Assembly (NCBI GenBank): GCA_905215845.1
Contig: CAJMRU010000001.1
Coordinates: forward strand, 1-28,802
DNA: 28,802 nt
Source: an uncultured bacterium
Lineage (GTDB): Bacteria > Bacillota > Clostridia > TANB77 > CAG-508
Direction of reading: 5' to 3'
The first letter of the stretch is position 1. The number at the start of each line of letters is the position of its first letter. Below are positions 8,920-17,231 of the stretch, piece by piece. Below the pieces are notes generated by a model that made no database searches, was not told where the DNA came from, and saw only the letters and a list, made by a program, of their open reading frames with translations. The translations under genes were made by a program, and so were the position numbers.

Positions 8920-11574
8920 TTATCCTCCTACTAAAGCTTCTATCCCTTCTCCTGTTCTTCTCTTTTTCTCTTTTAAATCATCTAATAGTATTTGTCCTAT
9001 TTTTTTGTTGCCTACATTTACAGTTAAATATATTGGCCTGTCATTGTTGCCACCATAATTAGAAATTACATCTTCCATTGTTTCTCTCATTATATTTTGA
9101 GGCGTTACAATTTCAGGATTAGTTCTAGCTCCACTATATTCTCCACCAATAAAGGCTCTTTCTTCATATAATACCCCACCTTTTGCAAGTCGTGGCAATG
9201 AAACTGTTCCCATATGATTAATATGGAATCCTATATTTTTTCCTCCGAAAAGTGGTATCCAGTCAGGAATATGCACTTGTAAATTATTTAATACATCTAT
9301 TACTTTGTTTATACCTCTTACAATACCATTAGCCATTCCTTCAATTCCACCTAATATTGAATTAATTATGTTCCTTATAGTGTTCCAAATGCCATTAAAT
9401 ATATTTGTAACTGTATTTTTCATACCATTCCATATATTACTCCAAATAGAACTTATTGTATTTAACACATTCTGTATTGTATTTTTTATTCCATTTATTA
9501 CATTGCTTATTGTTGTTGTTATACCATTCCATATATTTGAGGCAATATTTTTTATAGTGTTCCAAATATTGTTCCAAGTATTTTTAATTATATCCATTGT
9601 ATTAGATATTATTTCTTTGATACGATTTATTTTTTCTCTTACAGTACTTTTAAATTCTTCCCATTTTTGCTTTAATAAATCTCCTGCTATTCTCCATTTA
9701 TTGTCCCAAACATAATTTGCTTCGTCTTGACTAAGCCCTAATGATTCTAATAGTTTTATCATTCCTGATTTTATCAAGTTATCTTGTATTCCCATTGAAA
9801 TATCTGTGGTTTGATTTAATGACTTCCACATTCCATCCCAGCTCAATTTTATATCAGAGTTAGCTCCACCAGAGAATATCCCCCATGCTAATTGAAATAT
9901 TCCTATTAAAGCTTCTGATAATACATCTCCTAAACCTGTTAATATTCCATACCAGTCTATGTTAAGTATAAATTCTGCTATACTTTCGCCAACTGCTACC
10001 CAGTCAGTTTCACTAATTGCTGTCTTTAATGTTTCTATTGCTCCTTTTATTCCTTCGCTTAATGTTTGACCTGCTGTTTTCCAGTCAATATTCTTAAAGA
10101 AACCATTTATACTATCACTAATCGCTATACCAAATTTAGTCCAATTAAATGTTGTTACAAAGCTATACCCAAAATATATTACTGTATTTAATCCTTGTGC
10201 AAATGTATTTCCTACTTCGCTCCAATTTGTTGTATCTATAAAACCATTTAAGAATTTAGCTATTTGTGTTCCTATATTTTTAGCTGTGCTTTGAATTTTC
10301 CCCCAGTCTATATTATTCATAGCTTCGTTTAGCTTATTTCCTAATATTTCTCCTACTTCATACCAGTTACCATTTTTAATGGCATCAATTATATTGCTTG
10401 TAATTCCTTCTACTTCTGACAAATCAAAATTAGGACTTATACTTCCTGCTCCTGAGCCTCCTCCTTCTGGGTTAGTTTCTTGAATATTGTTTATTTCATC
10501 ATGTACTCCTGCAAGTTGTTTACTTTCTTTTGAGGCTTTTTTTGCACTATTTGCCATGTTAGAATATGCTTTTGCTCCTGCATTTGCAAATATATTTACT
10601 CCTGTTAAAGCATAAACTACTGACTGAACTGTTTTCATTAATTGATATACTAAATTTGTGACAAATTGAATTACTGGTGCTAATGCACTTCCCATAGCAT
10701 ACTTCATATATTCTATATTGGCATTTAGTTGTTGTGCTCCTGCATTTTGACTACTTAACCATGCATTTGCTGAACTACTTAATAATCCATAAATACTTTC
10801 AAGGGAAAGTAATGCTCCTGCATATCTAAATACATGACCTATGCCTTTCTTCATCCCTTTATTTAATCCGTTAAAATTAATTTTATTTGTTATCTTAGGG
10901 AGTTCTTTTAAATTGTTTGATATTCCTTTTGAGTTACTTACTGCTTGTTTAATTTTAGAGCCAAAACCATTAAAAAAACTAGTCAATTTATTTTGACTAG
11001 TAGCTGTATTATTTGTTTCAGTTTTCAATTGAGCCATTTTATTTTTAGCAATAGTTAGTTGATTGTTATACATTGCAATTTCTTGTGTCATTTTTGATTC
11101 TTGTGCTAACAAATTAGTATATTCTTTATTGCTGTTTAAACTATTACTTACCGTCTTTTGTATTGCTGGATTATCTGGACTAACACCTTGAGGAGTTACT
11201 TCTCTTGTTGTTTGTGCTGTTATTTCATCTAATCTAGGTGTTATTGTATTTAATTTCATTTGTCGTGAATTTATTTTTTCATTAAGACTATCTATTTGCT
11301 TTTGAATTTGACTTATTTGTTTTTGTGCATCTTTATTATTTACTTTTAATTTAATTTGATTATTTTCATTAGATTTCTTCAAATCTTGCATTTTCTTTTT
11401 TATCTGTTGTACTGCTTGATTTATATTTTTCTTCATCTTTGTAGTATCCATTTGTTCAAAACTTTCTTGTGCTTTTTGCACAGTTTGCTTGATTGCTGGA
11501 ACAATTTTTTTAAATTCTTTTATTGCTTCTGCTATTTTTACAGATACTATTATTTCTAATTCTTCTATAGTCAT
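8920..11574 (-). CDS. tail tape measure protein
   Basis: Long helical protein with periodic Trp repeats (IDW, IWNxIK) and a LPRLAKGG...GEY...PEIVTP C-terminus. The likely start MTIEELEII at 11574 follows GGAGGTGG. Confidence 0.9.
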   Translation of the reverse strand: MTIEELEIIVSVKIAEAIKEFKKIVPAIKQTVQKAQESFEQMDTTKMKKNINQAVQQIKKKMQDLKKSNENNQIKLKVNNKDAQKQISQIQKQIDSLNEKINSRQMKLNTITPRLDEITAQTTREVTPQGVSPDNPAIQKTVSNSLNSNKEYTNLLAQESKMTQEIAMYNNQLTIAKNKMAQLKTETNNTATSQNKLTSFFNGFGSKIKQAVSNSKGISNNLKELPKITNKINFNGLNKGMKKGIGHVFRYAGALLSLESIYGLLSSSANAWLSSQNAGAQQLNANIEYMKYAMGSALAPVIQFVTNLVYQLMKTVQSVVYALTGVNIFANAGAKAYSNMANSAKKASKESKQLAGVHDEINNIQETNPEGGGSGAGSISPNFDLSEVEGITSNIIDAIKNGNWYEVGEILGNKLNEAMNNIDWGKIQSTAKNIGTQIAKFLNGFIDTTNWSEVGNTFAQGLNTVIYFGYSFVTTFNWTKFGIAISDSINGFFKNIDWKTAGQTLSEGIKGAIETLKTAISETDWVAVGESIAEFILNIDWYGILTGLGDVLSEALIGIFQLAWGIFSGGANSDIKLSWDGMWKSLNQTTDISMGIQDNLIKSGMIKLLESLGLSQDEANYVWDNKWRIAGDLLKQKWEEFKSTVREKINRIKEIISNTMDIIKNTWNNIWNTIKNIASNIWNGITTTISNVINGIKNTIQNVLNTISSIWSNIWNGMKNTVTNIFNGIWNTIRNIINSILGGIEGMANGIVRGINKVIDVLNNLQVHIPDWIPLFGGKNIGFHINHMGTVSLPRLAKGGVLYEERAFIGGEYSGARTNPEIVTPQNIMRETMEDVISNYGGNNDRPIYLTVNVGNKKIGQILLDDLKEKKRRTGEGIEALVGG

Positions 11575-11616
11575 GCGTCCACCTCCATTCTTTTTTTGTA
11601 TTAGATTTTGAGGCAA

Positions 11617-11650
11617 AATAAAAACACCTACATTTCTGTAAGTGCTTTGT
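11617..11650 (-). terminator. terminator-like hairpin after the inserted membrane-protein gene
   Basis: Minus strand reads AAAGCACTTACAGAAATGTAGGTGTTTTT. Confidence 0.65.
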
Positions 11651-11653
11651 TCT

Positions 11654-12259
11654 TTAATGCATTGAAACTTCAACTATATTAAATTTTGCATTTTTCATCT
11701 TTTCTAAAATTTCACTTTGAACATATTCAAAAACTTTAAATTCTTGACTTTGTCCTGCTGTTAAGTTATTAGCATAAATATAATCTGTTGTTATTCTTGT
11801 ACCATCTTGGCTTACTGCTTCTATTTGTATGCTGAAAGATTTTGTTGCAGTAGTTTTATTTGTAACTTTTACTGGTAGTTTTGTTTCATTTATGCCATAT
11901 TGTTTTTTTGTTACTTCAAAATTACCTAAAACAACATCTACACTTGTTCCTAAAACTTGTTCAGTATTTTTCCCTGTAGCAGTATCTAAATCTTTGCTTA
12001 TATCATTTAGTGAATCTGATAAAGTTTTTTGTGCATTTAATGTTATCATTATAGCTAACACTCCTAATACTATAGTTGCAATCATTTTTCCTTTTCCTGC
12101 TTTTTTTATGGATACAAGCCCAAAAATAACTGCTAATACTCCCATAATAAATGATAAATTGTTTATTATAGGAACAAATGAAGTACATACTCCTATTATT
12201 CCTAATACTAATCCAGCAGTGCATAAACCACTTTTTTCTGTTTGTTCATTATTTGCCAT
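11654..12259 (-). CDS. membrane-anchored exported protein (DUF4190-like TM region plus Ig-like domain); moron-like insertion
   Basis: Start MANNEQ follows GGAGG. GLVLGIIG...LAVIFGLVSI hydrophobic helices and a C-terminal VKVTNKT...ANNLTAGQSQEF beta-sandwich. Confidence 0.75.
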   Translation of the reverse strand: MANNEQTEKSGLCTAGLVLGIIGVCTSFVPIINNLSFIMGVLAVIFGLVSIKKAGKGKMIATIVLGVLAIMITLNAQKTLSDSLNDISKDLDTATGKNTEQVLGTSVDVVLGNFEVTKKQYGINETKLPVKVTNKTTATKSFSIQIEAVSQDGTRITTDYIYANNLTAGQSQEFKVFEYVQSEILEKMKNAKFNIVEVSMH

Positions 12260-12293
12260 CTTTTTTATTCCTCCTTTTATTTTATTTGAAAGA

Positions 12294-12337
12294 AGTATAC
12301 CACTCTTAATTTTAAAAGTATGTCGAACATTGTCGAA
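12294..12337 (-). promoter_or_regulatory. putative internal promoter of the moron
   Basis: Extended -10 TGgTATACT preceded by tandem TTCGACA repeats 10 bp apart. Confidence 0.45.
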
Positions 12338-12341
12338 ACTT

Positions 12342-12640
12342 CTATTTTTTTGAGAATATTTTATCAAACATTTTTCTTAATGGTACAATTTTAGCATTTT
12401 TATTCATACTATCTGCTTGGATTAATTTATCTGTTGTAGCATCATTTAATATTATTTTTTGTTTAAAGTCTTCTTGCATTTTTATTATATTAATTTCACA
12501 GTATAAATATATTTCTTTATATCTTCCATTCCAAAATTCATTTGGTGTTAAATTAAAGTAATATGCCAAAGGCTCTAAACAAAGAATAGCATCTCTTAGA
12601 GTTTTGGCATTTTGTATCTTTTTTATTATATCTTCTAGCC
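12342..12640 (-). CDS. tail assembly chaperone, frameshifted C-terminal part (gpT-like)
   Basis: The -1 frame relative to 12635..13087 reads GLEDIIKKIQNAK...LAYYFNLTPNEFWNGRYKEI. It has no RBS/ATG of its own and is open upstream to the slippery site at 12782-12791. Confidence 0.75.
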
Positions 12641-13087
12641 CTTGTATCCTCTGAATACTTCCTCTTCTGCTATTTTGCTCATTGCTTTCTCTGCTGAACC
12701 TTTTATTAGTTCGTTCATATTCACTCCTGATAAAGGATTTGATAACTTCTCTTGTAATTGTTTTTTGTTCATTTTTGTTTTGAAAAAACCCTCTTCGTTT
12801 ATTGCACCTGCCAATTCTTCAAAAATTTCTTGATATGTTTTCTTTTGCTCTGCTTTATATTCGTCTATAAAATCATATACTTCTTCACTGCTTTTAAAAG
12901 ATTTTAATCCTACTTCATCTTCTGCAAATACATAAATTATTTTTGATAATGCATCTATATCATTTTCATTTACTGCTTTAAAATATAAATCTTCAAAATT
13001 TTTAGATTTTAAGATGTTTGATATATTTACTATTTTTCTTGTTGTAAATATTAATTCTATTTTTTTATTTTTAGTTTCTAAAACCAT
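12635..13087 (-). CDS. tail assembly chaperone (gpG-like)
   Basis: Located between major tail and tape measure, acidic, and contains the slippery sequence G GGT TTT TTC. Confidence 0.8.
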   Translation of the reverse strand: MVLETKNKKIELIFTTRKIVNISNILKSKNFEDLYFKAVNENDIDALSKIIYVFAEDEVGLKSFKSSEEVYDFIDEYKAEQKKTYQEIFEELAGAINEEGFFKTKMNKKQLQEKLSNPLSGVNMNELIKGSAEKAMSKIAEEEVFRGYKG

Positions 13088-13110
13088 TTTAATTCCTCCG
13101 TAATATTATT

Positions 13111-13138
13111 TAAAAGGGAACATCAATCTGTTCCCTTT
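13111..13138 (-). terminator. intrinsic terminator after the major tail gene
   Basis: Minus strand reads AAAGGGAACAGATTGATGTTCCCTTTT. Confidence 0.7.
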
Positions 13139-13180
13139 AGTGTCTTTTTAACTCGTCTTGTTGCGACACTTTCAACAGGA

Positions 13181-13630
13181 CTATTCTGTGGGAAAGCCTT
13201 CACTCTCTGTTACCTCTGAGTTTTTATATATAGTTAATTTGTCTTTTAAAAATTCTCCTACTGATATTGTATCCATTGTAAGTCTCATTTTTCCTTTTAG
13301 ATATCTTACTAATGCTTTTCCACTTTCAGGTGCAGTAGCTTGTGGTAATTCGAAAAACCAGTAATAATCCTTGTTTTTATCTAATGCATTTAATTCTTTA
13401 TGTTGTTTATGTGTATATAATACAAGCAGTTCGATTGAACCTGCTTTTCTAATACCTGGTTGTGCTAATTCATAATCCAAATCTAAAACTTGAGCTGTTA
13501 TTTGTTCTGGTGCTTCTTCTAATGGTGGTATCTCCTCTGTAAACATTACTTGTTTTTTGTCAGAACCTTGTTTATCTGTTGCGTAATATACTTTTGTTAA
13601 AGTTGATACGTTTGGTGTTTCTTGTTCCAT
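13181..13630 (-). CDS. major tail (tube) protein
   Basis: 149 aa with EEIPPLEEAPEQITAQVLD...QPGIRKAG, typical of tail tube proteins. Synteny and a downstream terminator support the call. Confidence 0.75.
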   Translation of the reverse strand: MEQETPNVSTLTKVYYATDKQGSDKKQVMFTEEIPPLEEAPEQITAQVLDLDYELAQPGIRKAGSIELLVLYTHKQHKELNALDKNKDYYWFFELPQATAPESGKALVRYLKGKMRLTMDTISVGEFLKDKLTIYKNSEVTESEGFPTE

Positions 13631-13641
13631 TCCAATTCCTC

Positions 13642-14028
13642 CTATCTTATAACTTCAAAAGAGTTCGTTAGTCCATTCCAACGGACTTCATATGTTGTTA
13701 TTATTCTATATTTTTGTATTATTCTATCAAATGTTATTGGACTTGTAGAAGTCCTAATTAAATTGTATTTTCTTAATTTCTCATCAGTTTTACTTGCCAT
13801 TTCCATAGTCGTTCTTTGTGTTTTATTCCAACAAGAAATTGTAATTTGAAATTGCTTCGCTATCGGTATTGCATCTCTAGTTTTTAATATTCTTTCTAGA
13901 GGCGTGTTGATAGTCCTACACGGAAATTTGCTTTCAGTTGTAGGATTTTCTAAGCTAGTTTCTTCTTCTAGTTCTTCTAATTTATCAGAAATCAAATCAG
14001 AAAATTGTCTTGTTGTTAATTCTATCAT
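13642..14028 (-). CDS. tail terminator / completion protein
   Basis: 128 aa with KFPC and FQITISCW, located just before the tail tube gene. Confidence 0.6.
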   Translation of the reverse strand: MIELTTRQFSDLISDKLEELEEETSLENPTTESKFPCRTINTPLERILKTRDAIPIAKQFQITISCWNKTQRTTMEMASKTDEKLRKYNLIRTSTSPITFDRIIQKYRIITTYEVRWNGLTNSFEVIR

Positions 14029-14549
14029 TTACATACCTCCCTCAGCATTGTATATATTCCATCTTGAACAGTATCTAAAGTATCTCCTCGCATTTCAAAT
14101 TCTGCTTTTTGTAAAAATGGATTAGCTTCTACTCCATGTGCCAAATAAAAGTCTTGTCCTTGTATATTTATAATAGGATAATGTAATTCTCTGTCTACTT
14201 TATTTACTGGTATATACCATTCTTCATATCCACTCTCAATGAAATGTTTAGATGTACCAACATGAGGTAATTCGGCATATCTTCCAGTTCCAAAATGTTC
14301 AAACCAACTATATGGAAATTTTTCTTGGTCGGTATATATTCGTCCTTTTATTTCCTTAGTATCTGCTTTTATCATTTCTACTAATATTCCATCTGTTTTA
14401 TTTCCTCTTCTTAGTCTTATAGCATAACTAGTTATATTTTTTAATCCTTCTTCTAAACTATTTTTTGATGTGTTAGGTAATTGTTGACATATATTGTTTA
14501 TCTTTTTATCTAAATCATCTATGCCTTTTACTTTTAGATTAATTTTCAT
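14025..14549 (-). CDS. HK97 gp10-like neck / tail completion protein
   Basis: VKGIDDL, FEHFGTG and HGVEANPFLQKA motifs. Confidence 0.75.
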   Translation of the reverse strand: MKINLKVKGIDDLDKKINNICQQLPNTSKNSLEEGLKNITSYAIRLRRGNKTDGILVEMIKADTKEIKGRIYTDQEKFPYSWFEHFGTGRYAELPHVGTSKHFIESGYEEWYIPVNKVDRELHYPIINIQGQDFYLAHGVEANPFLQKAEFEMRGDTLDTVQDGIYTMLREVCK

Positions 14550-14871
14550 TGTTTTTCTCCAATTTATATAAAGTAGTTCTTCCTATCTTAGGGCAATCTG
14601 TTACTATGTAATCTGGTATAAAATCTTCCAGCTTTGATATATCTGTTAATGATATTCCATTTCCTTTTCTTATATCATATTTCATATCAGTTCTTGCATT
14701 TTCTATACTATAATCTACTTCTCCTGTAGGTTTTCTATCTAATTCATTGACATCTTGTTGTAAATTCAAATATGCTATTCCTTTATATTTCCATTTTTTT
14801 GTTTTTTCACTATGATTTTTTACTTCTTCATATCCTGAAATATATACTTTAGTTAAATCTTTCAACAACAT
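14539..14871 (-). CDS. head closure / head-tail adaptor protein
   Basis: 110 aa. Function assigned from synteny only. Confidence 0.55.
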   Translation of the reverse strand: MLLKDLTKVYISGYEEVKNHSEKTKKWKYKGIAYLNLQQDVNELDRKPTGEVDYSIENARTDMKYDIRKGNGISLTDISKLEDFIPDYIVTDCPKIGRTTLYKLEKNNEN

Positions 14872-15176
14872 TATTTAATCCTCCTTAATCCAGATTTAAT
14901 AATATTGTTTCTTAATGTATCTATAATATTTTCAAAAGAACTTGACATGCTTCCCTCTGTTCGAGAAGTTAGTCCTTCTGTTCCTCTAGCCAAATATTCA
15001 GATTTTACTGCTCTTTTAATATATGGAAATAACTTTTCTTCTTTTTGTTTATTAGAAATATCAGAGGCGATAGAAGTAACTTCTACTAATATTTCTTCTA
15101 AAACCTCTTTATCCTCTTTTTTGTAATTAGCTCCTAAATCAGCTATGATTTTGTCTATATTTTTAGTATTTGTCAT
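14871..15176 (-). CDS. head-tail connector (SPP1 gp15-like)
   Basis: YLARGTEGLTSRTEGSMSSSF motif, directly after the capsid gene. Confidence 0.8.
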   Translation of the reverse strand: MTNTKNIDKIIADLGANYKKEDKEVLEEILVEVTSIASDISNKQKEEKLFPYIKRAVKSEYLARGTEGLTSRTEGSMSSSFENIIDTLRNNIIKSGLRRIK

Positions 15177-15195
15177 TCTATTGCCTCCTATTTTA

Positions 15196-16326
15196 TTAAG
15201 CTTTTGATGTCACAGTTGCTTGTCCACCTTTTTTAGCTTTATTATCAGAATCTACTTCTACAATTACTATTTTTTGTCCTGTTGTAGCAGTTATTTCATC
15301 TGTACCATTCCAATTTGTATATCCACTCGTGCATACTTGGTCATATGTAGGGATAGTTGGATTAGATGCCACTTTATATTTGTAACTATTTCCTTCTGCT
15401 TTTGTTGGAGTTACAGTAATTTTTGTATTTCCTTGTGCTTGCCCTGCTTCAGATTTTACTGTTAAACTTTCAAGTTTTGTTGAAGAATCATCTTCAACAT
15501 AAAAAATAGTATCTTCCATTAACGCCTTAGTTCCCTTGAATAAAAAGTCTTCTAATGCAACTGCATCGTCAAAAGGAACTTTCTCAGCAGAATATTCAGA
15601 CACATAGTAAGGTTGTGCTATTGCTCCATCCATCATAACTACACATCTAACTCCTTTAGGCATTCTATTTGATTCATATACTCTTACTGAATCATACATA
15701 CCTATTGCTTGTTCTTTAGGGTCTGTTCCATTTGGTAATTCATCTAAGATTTTTTTCATTCCTTTTCTATATTTACTGTCTACAACTATTACTAATAAAT
15801 CTGATTCTATTCCATCAATAAATTCATTTTGCAATGTTCTAGCTCTTTCTAATAAATCATCTATTGTGTCTTGCACATTAGCCTTAACTTCTACCTTAGT
15901 TCCTTCTAATACTTTTGCAAAAAACTCTCTGTCTAAATACCTAATTATAGCAGATTGATGATTTGATTTTCTTCTCTCTGCCATTCCGTCAATACCATAC
16001 AACTTAACATCTTTTCCTTGTAATTCTTCAACAATTTCTTTATCAGTATCTATGTATACTTTTACTGGTTTTGATTTTACTGGGTCTCCTTTTCCTTGTT
16101 TTCTTGCTGTTCCTTTGTCTTTTAATTCTGCATTTGCAAATCTTTTGTATTCAATTACTCCCCCTTCTGGAGTTCCTGAGCCATTTTTTGCTTTAATTTG
16201 TTCTGATATTGCTCTTGCAGATACATTTTCTAATACTCCACTTAAAACTTGTTTTAAATTATCCTTTGTTTCACCATCTTGTAACATTATGTTTAATGCT
16301 TCTTGTGTAATTTGTTCACTTTTCAT
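15196..16326 (-). CDS. major capsid protein with C-terminal Ig-like extension
   Basis: 376 aa following the scaffold. The last ~95 aa are Thr/Val-rich and beta-like. Confidence 0.8.
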   Translation of the reverse strand: MKSEQITQEALNIMLQDGETKDNLKQVLSGVLENVSARAISEQIKAKNGSGTPEGGVIEYKRFANAELKDKGTARKQGKGDPVKSKPVKVYIDTDKEIVEELQGKDVKLYGIDGMAERRKSNHQSAIIRYLDREFFAKVLEGTKVEVKANVQDTIDDLLERARTLQNEFIDGIESDLLVIVVDSKYRKGMKKILDELPNGTDPKEQAIGMYDSVRVYESNRMPKGVRCVVMMDGAIAQPYYVSEYSAEKVPFDDAVALEDFLFKGTKALMEDTIFYVEDDSSTKLESLTVKSEAGQAQGNTKITVTPTKAEGNSYKYKVASNPTIPTYDQVCTSGYTNWNGTDEITATTGQKIVIVEVDSDNKAKKGGQATVTSKA

Positions 16327-16346
16327 ATTTTTTTCCTCCTTTAAAA

Positions 16347-16910
16347 TTAATAACTTGCTCTAGATATATTTTTTTCTTTTATTTTTTCAATACCTGTTTT
16401 TGCAATAGGTGTATCTTCCTTTAATCTGTTGTTTACTGCTTTTTCTACTGCTTTATTAAACGCATTAGATATTTCATCTATTTTTGCATTTAATTCATCA
16501 GCTTTAGCTGTACTAAAATCAAAGAAATTTAATAAAGATACATCTAAACCTTTTTCATTTGCTATTCCTAATGCTTGTTCTTTTAATTCATAAGCATTTA
16601 GTCTAGCTAATGCTTCAAGTTTTTCTTTTTCAGATTTTTGAGCTTGATATTCAAGTTTTTGTTCTTTGTTCATTTTGGCAAGTTTTTCAGCTTCTGTTTT
16701 TTCATTATTCATAGTTTCTTTCCAGTTAGTTATAGCTGTTTCTACTGCCTCTCTAATTTTTTTGTCATGAGCTGATTGATATTCTTTATGTGTATTAAGT
16801 AATTCATCAAAACTCAAAATCTTACCATCTTCTTGCTTATTATTTTCTGTTTGTGTCCCAGTAGTTGGATTTTCTCCCCCAACAGTTACATCTCTTTTTT
16901 TATCTTCCAT
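16347..16910 (-). CDS. capsid scaffold protein (DUF4355-like)
   Basis: Charged coiled coil with EAEKLAKMN and AVEKAVNNRLKEDTP, and a strong AAGGAGG RBS. Confidence 0.85.
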   Translation of the reverse strand: MEDKKRDVTVGGENPTTGTQTENNKQEDGKILSFDELLNTHKEYQSAHDKKIREAVETAITNWKETMNNEKTEAEKLAKMNKEQKLEYQAQKSEKEKLEALARLNAYELKEQALGIANEKGLDVSLLNFFDFSTAKADELNAKIDEISNAFNKAVEKAVNNRLKEDTPIAKTGIEKIKEKNISRASY

Positions 16911-17006
16911 GTTTTTCCTCCTTGTCCCAATTGTTCTATTTCTAGCCCAACAGTTACATTTTTATTTTGTTTGTTTTATTAAGCCTAACTACAAGAAAAA
17001 CGGCAT

Positions 17007-17034
17007 TAAAAAAAGACACATATTTGTGCCTTCA
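17007..17034 (-). terminator. intrinsic terminator
   Basis: Minus strand reads GAAGGCACAAATATGTGTCTTTTTTT. Confidence 0.7.
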
Positions 17035-17065
17035 TTTATAATTATAAAATTTTAATAACTAATTA

Positions 17066-17227
17066 TTATATTTGGAATTTCATTGTTTTATCGTAATATT
17101 GTTTCCATTCTTCATACTCTTTTATTATTTCTTCTGGTGTATTATTTTTCCATTTCCATGCAAATAAATCATCTGATTTTGCATCTATTTCTTGCCATTC
17201 TGTCCAAGGATGTACTATAGGTATCAT
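17066..17227 (-). CDS. 53-aa Trp-rich protein; candidate immunity partner of the MuF C-terminal domain
   Basis: Translated by hand: MIPIVHPWTEWQEIDAKSDDLFAWKWKNNTPEEIIKEYEEWKQYYDKTMKFQI. Starts a few nt after the MuF stop, and AAAGGA lies upstream. Confidence 0.65.
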   Translation of the reverse strand: MIPIVHPWTEWQEIDAKSDDLFAWKWKNNTPEEIIKEYEEWKQYYDKTMKFQI

Positions 17228-17231
17228 TTTT

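Noticed and set aside
11575..11673. N-terminal extension of the tape measure ORF given in the track
   Set aside because: It overlaps the moron stop and terminator. A strong RBS precedes the ATG at 11574.
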